Assembly: GCF_009914755.1 (NCBI RefSeq)
Contig: NC_060948.1
Length of the DNA stretch: 64,000 bases
Source of the DNA: the human T2T-CHM13v2.0 reference genome, Homo sapiens
Reading direction: 5' to 3' (one strand)
The notes beneath the pieces were generated by a model, which saw nothing but the letters and a program-made list of their open reading frames with translations, did no database searches and was not told where the DNA came from. Made by a program: the position numbers and the translations under genes. Of this stretch, positions 54,196 to 64,000 are shown piece by piece; within the stretch, counting starts at the first letter, position 1; each line of letters begins with the position of its first letter.

Positions 54196-56323
54196 AGATC
54201 CATATTTTTTAAATGAAAAAAAATTTCAAAGGTACTCTGCTTGGTACAATAATCAAATGTATAAACTGAGGAATAAAACATAACCATGAAACCTACTTAT
54301 AACTGCATATGGAAAATACAGAGGATAATTTTTTAAATAACATATTTTGAAAGCCTTAACTAGTAATTTGAAGAGTTGGCATTTGAAAGGCCAGTATGAA
54401 TATACCTTCAAAGCAGCAACACAGGTTCCCCATGAGAAAAAGCAAACACAGGGAAAATAAAAACACAAAGGTTCAATCTCTTCTGACCTTTGAAAGACAC
54501 AGCACAGACAGTGGTCCTTAGGACGAAGAGCAGGAGACCCCTAATTCCGTCACCATGGCGATAGGGCATAAACATTGCTGGGTGAGGGCACAATCCACAT
54601 TGTGAGGTCCAACTGCTGCCAGGAAGACAGGAGTGCTTTTACATAGACCGAAAGGTCATTGAAGGCTCAGAGTTTTCTTTCAAGAACTGAATCCCAAGCC
54701 CACACGTTATTAGGCTGCGCTTCTTAAAACAAGTTATGAGATGGGAAAAAGGGCACCCACAAACATACGTATACATTATGTATATAATAATATACAGTGT
54801 CATATATATAATATATGTAACCTATGTATAATATTGTTTTACATCCTGCATCTTATGTTATATATATTGTATAAAATATAATAATTGATAATATATAAGT
54901 TTTATAATTATACAATATGACATATAGTATATATTATAATTTATGACATATATAATATATGTTATATGTCATATATAGAATATATTATACGGTTAATATA
55001 CGTATTAAATATAAATTATACATTATATATATTATATATAATATATCTGTTATATATAATAACCATTACGCATAATATATATATTATGTCTATGTTATAT
55101 ATAGTATAAAACAACATATAATAATATATAATTGTATATATAAAATGCGACATATAATATATATTATATTTTATAACATATGTAATATATATTTTATATT
55201 ATATATAATACGTTGTATGTATAATACCTATATTAAATATATATTATATGACTATGTTATTAATTACATGTCACATGTGTTATATATTATATATTTTACA
55301 TAGAATATACCGGTTGCATACAATATATACCATGTTACCTATAATGTATAATTTATTACATGTAAAATAAAGAATGCAATATATTATGTATAATTTATAA
55401 TATACCATATGTGGAATGTGATATATATAACATATAATATATGATATATGATATACAGTATATGATATATAACATACGATATATGATTCCTAATATATAT
55501 GGTATACAATACATATTTTATGATATGTATTCTATGTGTTTTATATTCTGTTATATATAACTATATGAAAGTATATATAACTGTATAATATTTTATGTAA
55601 ATATGTAATATAATATATATAACTATATAATATATTATATATAACTATATATTATGTTATATATACTTTTATAACATAATTTACATAAAATATCATAATA
55701 TAATATATATTATATTATTTCATATTACATAATATATATTACATATCACCCAATATAACTAACATACATAATATTATAATATAGATTATATTGTGTTATA
55801 TTAAATATCATATATATCATGTATCATATATTCTATAATATATATTACACATTATATAATATGTATGTTGTCTATTATGTGATATATATAACTATATATA
55901 TAATTATATTTTTATACATATAACTAGATAAACATGTAATTCTACATATTTTCATTTATAATATGTAGAATTATATAATCATATATAATTATTTATATTC
56001 TATAAAAAATTTTATCATTATATAAATTATAATATATAAAAATTATAATATGTACTACAAATATATATATTATATATCATATATGATATAGTACCTTTGT
56101 TATATATCATAATACATATAAATGTGTATTATGTTATCTATAATTATATAATTTCATATATAAGATGTATAATATGTATCATATATTATATATGTTATGT
56201 ACTCTATATAGTATATATAAGATGACACAGGATAAATATTATATACTATGACATATAAAATATATGAGGTTATATGTTACATATAAGGCATAGCACATAA
56301 CATGTAATATATATCATATATAA

Positions 56324-56615
56324 TTTTTTTTTAGACAGAATCTTGTCCTGTTGCACAGGGTGGGGTACAATGGCGCCATCTTTGCTCACTGCAACTTCTG
56401 CCTCAGGGGTCCAAGCGATTGTCCTCCCTCAGCCTCCCAGGTAGCTGGGACTACACCACACTGGGACTACACCAGCTGCCACCATGCCTAGCTAATTTTT
56501 TGGATTTTTAGTAGTGACAGCGTTTCACTGTATTGGCCAGGATGGTCTTGATCTCTTCACCTTGTGATCCCCTTGCCTTGGCCTCCAAATTTGCTGGGAT
56601 TACAGGCCTGAGCCA
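56324..56615 (-). mobile_element. Alu, U24
   Basis: Same antisense Alu. Confidence 0.95.
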
Positions 56616-58743
56616 AGATCCATATTTTTTAAATGAAAAAAATTTTCAAAGGTACTCTGCTTGGTACAATAATCAAATGTATAAACTGAGGAATAAAACA
56701 TAACCATGAAACCTACTTATAACTGCATATGGAAAATACAGAGGATAATTTTTTAAATAACATATTTTGAAAGCCTTAACTAGTAATTTGAAGAGTTGGC
56801 ATTTGAAAGGCCAGTATGAATATACCTTCAAAGCAGCAACACAGGTTCCCCATGAGAAAAAGCAAACACAGGGAAAATAAAAACACAAAGGTTCAATCTC
56901 TTCTGAACTTTGAAAGACACAGCACAGACAGTGGTCCTTAGGACGAAGAGCAGGAGACCCCTAATTCCGTCACCATGGCGATAGGGCATAAACATTGCTG
57001 GGTGAGGGCACAATCCACATTGTGAGGTCCAACTGCTGCCAGGAAGACAGGAGTGCTTTTACATAGACCGAAAGGTCATTGAAGGCTCAGAGTTTTCTTT
57101 CAAGAACTGAATCCCAAGCCCACACGTTATTAGGCTGCGCTTCTTAAAACAAGTTATGAGATGGGAAAAAGGGCACCCACAAACATACGTATACATTATG
57201 TATATAATAATATACAGTGTCATATATATAATATATATAACCTATGTATAATATTGTTTTACATCCTGCATCTTATGTTATATATATTGCATAAAATATA
57301 ATAATTGATAATATATAAGTTTTATAATTATACAATATGACATATAGTATATATTATAATTTATGACATATATATTATATGTTATATGTCATATATAGAA
57401 TATATTATACGGTTAATATACGTATTAAATATAAATTATACATTATATATATTATATATAATATATCTGTTATATATAATAACCATTATGCATAATATAT
57501 ATATTATGTCTATGTTATATATAGTATAAAACAACATATAATAATATATAATTGTATATATAAAATGCGACATATAATATATATTATATTTTATAACATA
57601 TGTAATATATATTTTATATTATATATAATACGTTGTATGTATAATACCTATATTAAATATATATTATATGACTATGTTACTAATTACATGTCACATGTGT
57701 TATATATTATATATTTTACATAGAATATACCGGTTGCATACAATATATACTATGTTACCTATAATGTATAATTTATTACATGTAAAATAAAGAATGCAAT
57801 ATATTATGTATAATTTATAATATACCATATGTGGAATGTGATATATATAACATATAATATATGATATATGATATACAGTATATGATATATAACATACGAT
57901 ATATGATTCCTAATATATATGGTATACAATATATATTTTATGATATGTATTCTATGTGTTTTTTATTCTGTTATATATAACTATTTGAAATTATATATAA
58001 CTGTATAATATTTTATGTAAATATGTAATATAATATATATAACTATATAATATATTATATATAACTATATATTATGTTATATATACTTTTATAACATAAT
58101 TTACGTAAAATATCATAATATAATATATATTATATTATTTCATATTACATAATATATATTACATATCACCCAATATAACTAACATACATAATATTATAAT
58201 ATAGATTATATTGTGTTATATTAAATATCATATATATCATGTATCATATATTCTATAATATATATTACACATTATATAATATGTATGTTGTCTATTATGT
58301 GATATATATAACTATATATATAATTATATTTTTATACATATAACTAGATAAACATGTAATTGTACATATTTTAATTTATAATATGTAGAATTATATAATC
58401 ATATATAATTATTTATATTCTATAAAAAATTTTATCATTATATAAATTATAATATATAAAAATTATAATATGTACTACAAATATATATATTATATATCAT
58501 ATATGATATAGTACGTTTGTTATATATCATAATACATATAAATGTGTATTATCTTATCTATAATTATATAATTTCATATATAAGATGTATAATATGTATC
58601 ATATATTATATATGTTATGTACTATATATAGTATATATAAGATGACACAGGATAAATATTATATACTATGACATATAAAATATATCAGGTTATATGTTAC
58701 ATATAAGGCATAACACATAAAATGTAATATATATCATATATAA

Positions 58744-59035
58744 TTTTTTTTTAGACAGAATCTTTTCCTGTTGCACAGTGTGGGGTACAATGGCGCCATC
58801 TTTGCTCAGTGCAACTTCTGCCTCACGGGTCCAAGCGATTGTCCTCCCTCAGCCTCCCAGGTAGCTGGGACTACACCGCACTGGGACTACACCAGCTGCC
58901 ACCATGCCTAGCTAATTTTTTGGATTTTTAGTAGTGACAGCGTTTCACTGTATTGGCCAGGATGGTCTTGATCTCTTCACCTTGTGATCCCCTTGCCTTG
59001 GCCTCCAAATTTGCTAGGATTACAGGCCTGAGCCA
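58744..59035 (-). mobile_element. Alu, U25
   Basis: Same antisense Alu, with several private substitutions. Confidence 0.95.
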
Positions 59036-61163
59036 AGATCCATATTTTTTAAATGAAAAAAAATTTCAAAGGTACTCTGCTTGGTACAATAATCAAATGT
59101 ATAAACTGAGGAATAAAACATAACCATGAAACCTACTTATAACTGCATATGGAAAATACAGAGGATAATTTTTTAAATAACATATTTTGAAAGCCTTAAC
59201 TAGTAATTTGAAGAGTTGGCATTTGAAAGGCCAGTATGAATATACCTTCAAAGCAGCAACACAGGTTCCCCATGAGAAAAAGCAAACACAGGGAAAATAA
59301 AAACACAAAGGTTCAATCTCTTCTGACCTTTGAAAGACACAGCACAGACAGTGGTCCTGAGGACGAAGAGCAGGAGTCCCCTAATTCCGTCACCATGGCG
59401 ATAGGGCATAAACATTGCTGGGTGAGGGCACAATCCACATTGTGAGGTCCAACTGCTGCCAGGAAGACAGGAGTGCTTTTACATAGACCGAAAGGTCATT
59501 GAAGGCTCAGAGTTTTGTTTCAAGAACTGAATCCCAAGCCCACACGTTATTAGGCTGCGCTTCTTAAAACAAGTTATGAGATGGGAAAAAGGGCACCCAC
59601 AAACATACGTATACATTATGTATATAATAATATACAGTGTCATATATATAATATATATAACCTATGTATAATATTGTTTTACATCCTGCATCTTATGTTA
59701 TATATATTGTATAAAATATAATAATTGATAATATATAAGTTTTATAATTATACAATATGACATATAGTATATATTATAATTTATGACATATATAATATAT
59801 GTTATATATCATATATAGAATATATTATACGGTTAATATACGTATTAAATATAAATTATACATTATATATATTATATATAATATATCTGTTATATATAAT
59901 AACCATTATGCATAATATATATATTATGTCTATGTTATATATAGTATAAAACAACATATAATAATATATAATTGTATATATAAAATGCGACATATAATAT
60001 ATATTATATTTTATAACATATGTAATATATATTTTATATTATATATAATACGTTGTATGTATAATACCTATATTAAATATATATTATATGACTATGTTAT
60101 TAATTACATGTCACATGTGTTATATATTATATATTTTACATAGAATATACCGGTTGCATACAATATATACTATGTTACCTATAATGTATAATTTATTACA
60201 TGTAAAATAAAGAATGCAATATATTATGTATAATTTATAATATACCATATGTGGAATGTGATATATATAACATATAATATATGATATATGATATACAGTA
60301 TATGATATATAACATACAATATATGATTCCTAATATATATGGTATACAATATATATTTTATGATATGTATTCTATATGTTTTATATTCTGTTATATATAA
60401 CTATTTGAAATTATATATAACTGTATAATATTTTATGTAAATATGTAATATAATATATATAACTATATAATATATTATATATAACTATATATTATGTTAT
60501 ATATACTTTTATAACATAATTTACATAAAATATCATAATATAATATATATTATATTATTTCATATTACATAATATATATTACATATCACCCAATATAACT
60601 AACATACATAATATTATAATATAGATTATATTGTGTTATATTAAATATCATATATATCATGTATCATATATTCTATAATATATATTACACATTATATAAT
60701 ATGTATGTTGTCTATTATGTGATATATATAACTATATATATAATTATATTTTTATACATATAACTAGATAAACATGTAATTCTACATATTTTCATTTATA
60801 ATATGTAGAATTATATAATCATATATAATTATTTATATTCTATAAAAAATTTTATCATTATATAAATTATAATATATAAAAATTATAATATGTACTACAA
60901 ATATATATATTATATATCATATATGATATAGTACCTTTGTTATATATCATAATACATATAAATGTGTATTATGTTATCTATAATTATATAATTTCATATA
61001 TAAGATGTATAATATGTATCATATATTATATATGTTATGTAATATATATAGTATATATAAGATGACACAGGATAAATATTATATACTATGACATATAAAA
61101 TATATGAGGTTATATGTTACATATAAGGCATAGCACATAACATGTAATATGTATCACATATAA

Positions 61164-61455
61164 TTTTTTTTTAGACAGAATCTTGTCCTGTTGCACAGGG
61201 TGGGGTACAATGGCGCCATCTTTGATCACTGCAACTTCTGCCTCACGGGTCCAAGCGATTGTCCTCCCTCAGCCTCCCAGGTAGCTGGGACTACACCACA
61301 CTGGGACTACACCAGCTGCCACCATGCCTAGCTAATTTTTTGGATTTTTAGTAGTGACAGCGTTTCACTGTATTGGCCAGGATGGTCTTGATCTCTTCAC
61401 CTTGTGATCCCCTTGCCTTGGCCTCCAAATTTGCTGGGATTACAGGCCTGAGCCA
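61164..61455 (-). mobile_element. Alu, U26
   Basis: Same antisense Alu. Confidence 0.95.
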
Positions 61456-63562
61456 AGATCCATATTTTTTAAATGAAAAAAAATTTCAAAGGTACTCTGC
61501 TTGGTACAATAATCAAATGTATAAACTGAGGAATAAAACATAACCATGAAACCTACTTATAACTGCATATGGAAAATACAGAGGATAATTTTTTAAATAA
61601 CATATTTTGAAAGCCTTAACTAGTAATTTGAAGAGTTGGCATTTGAAAGGTCAGTATGAATATACCTTCAAAGCAGCAACACAGGTTCCCCATGAGAAAA
61701 AGCAAACACAGGGAAAACAAAAACACAAAGGTTCAATCTCTTCTGACCTTTGAAAGACACAGCACAGACAGTGGTCCTTAGGACGAAGAGCAGGAGACCC
61801 CTAATTCCGTCACCATGGCGATAGGGCATAAACATTGCTGGGTGAGGGCACAATCCACATTGTGAGGTCCAACTGCTGCCAGGAAGACAGGAGTGCTTTT
61901 ACATAGACCGAAAGGTCATTGAAGGCTCAGAGTTTTGTTTCAAGAACTGAATCCCAAGCCCACACGTTATTAGGCTGCGCTTCTTAAAACAAGTTATGAG
62001 ATGGGAAAAAGGGCACCCACAAACATACGTATACATTATGTATATAATAATATACAGTATCATATATATAATATATATAACCTATGTATAATATTGTTTT
62101 ACATCCTGCATCTTATGTTATATATATTGTATAAAATATAATAATTGATAATATATAAGTTTTATAATTATACAATATGACATATAGTATATATTATAAT
62201 TTATGACATATATAATATATGTTATATGTCATATATAGAATATATTATACGGTTAATATACGTATTAAATATAAATTATACATTATATATATTATATATA
62301 GTATATCTGTTATATATAATACCCATTATGAATAATATATATATTATGTCTATGTTATATATAGTATAAAACAACATATAATAATATATAATTGTATATA
62401 TAAAATGCGACATAGAATATATATTATATTTTATAACATATGTAATATATATTATATATTATATATAATACGTTGTATGTATAATACCTATATTAAATAT
62501 ATATTATATGACTATGTTATTAATTACATGTCACATGTGTTATATATTATATATTTTACATAGAATATACCGGTTACATACAATATATACTATGTTACCT
62601 ATAATGTATAATTTATTACATGTAAAATAAATAATGCAATATATTATGTATAATTTATAATATACCATATGTGGAATGTGATATATATAACATATAATAT
62701 ATGATATATGATATACAGTATATGATATATAACATACAATATATGATTCCTAATATATATGGTATACAATATATATTTTATGATATGTATTCTATATGTT
62801 TTATATTCTGTTATATATAACTATTTGAAATTATATATAACTGTATAATATTTTATGTAAATATGTAATATAATATATATAACTATATAATATATTATAT
62901 ATAACTATATATTATGTTATATATACTTTTATAACATAATTTACATAAAATATCATAATATAGTATATATTATATTATTTCATATTACATAATATATATT
63001 ACATATCACCGAATATAACTAACATACATAATATTATAATATAGATTATATTGTGTTATATTAAATATCATATATATCATGTATCATATATTCTATAATA
63101 TATATTACACATTATATAATATGTATGTTGTCTATTATGTGATATATATAACTATATATATAATTATATTTTTATACATATAACTAGATAAACATGTAAT
63201 TCTACATATTTTCATTTATAATATGTAGAATTATATAATCATATATAATTATTTATATTCTATAAAAAATTTTATCATTATATAAATTATAATATATAAA
63301 AATTATAATATGTACTACAAATATATATATATTATATATCATATATGATATAGTACCTTTGTTATATATCATAATACATATAAATGTGTATTATGTTATC
63401 TATAATTATATAATTTCATATATAAGATGTATAATATGTATCATATATTATATATGTTATGTAATATATATAGTATATATAAGATGACACAGGATAAATA
63501 TTATATACTATGACATATAAAATATATGAGGTTATATGTTACATATAAGGCATAGCACATAA

Positions 63563-63877
<315 letters not shown>

Positions 63878-64000
63878 AGATCCATATTTTTTAAATGAAA
63901 AAAAATTTCAAAGGTACTCTGCTTGGTACAATAATCAAATGTATAAACTGAGGAATAAAACATAACCATGAAACCTACTTATAACTGCATATGGAAAATA

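Overview
The whole window is one head-to-tail tandem array of about 26.5 copies of a ~2,420-bp composite satellite unit, all in the same orientation. Each unit has three parts: a ~290-bp antisense Alu with a private 16-bp internal duplication, a ~570-bp moderately GC-rich core (HSATI-like), and a ~1.55-kb extremely AT-rich block. The organisation, unit length and a predicted 2,146-bp HaeIII fragment match the human DYZ2/HSat1B satellite, most likely Yq12 heterochromatin. Smaller related arrays exist on the acrocentric chromosomes, so the chromosome assignment is an inference. I see no credible protein-coding gene, RNA gene, CRISPR array or new gene system; every ORF in the track is a by-product of the repeat. 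The interesting signal is the array's history, read from shared variants: a divergent sub-family in units 1-5, a 4,830-bp two-unit duplication, a 9,679-bp four-unit duplication with a mappable breakpoint, a duplicated segment at a three-unit offset, chimeric units, a 16-bp reversion in one Alu, two variant-dense patches, and an ancient ~230-bp duplication inside the AT block. Units are numbered U1-U27 by Alu/core. All variant comparisons were made by eye and need alignment to confirm.
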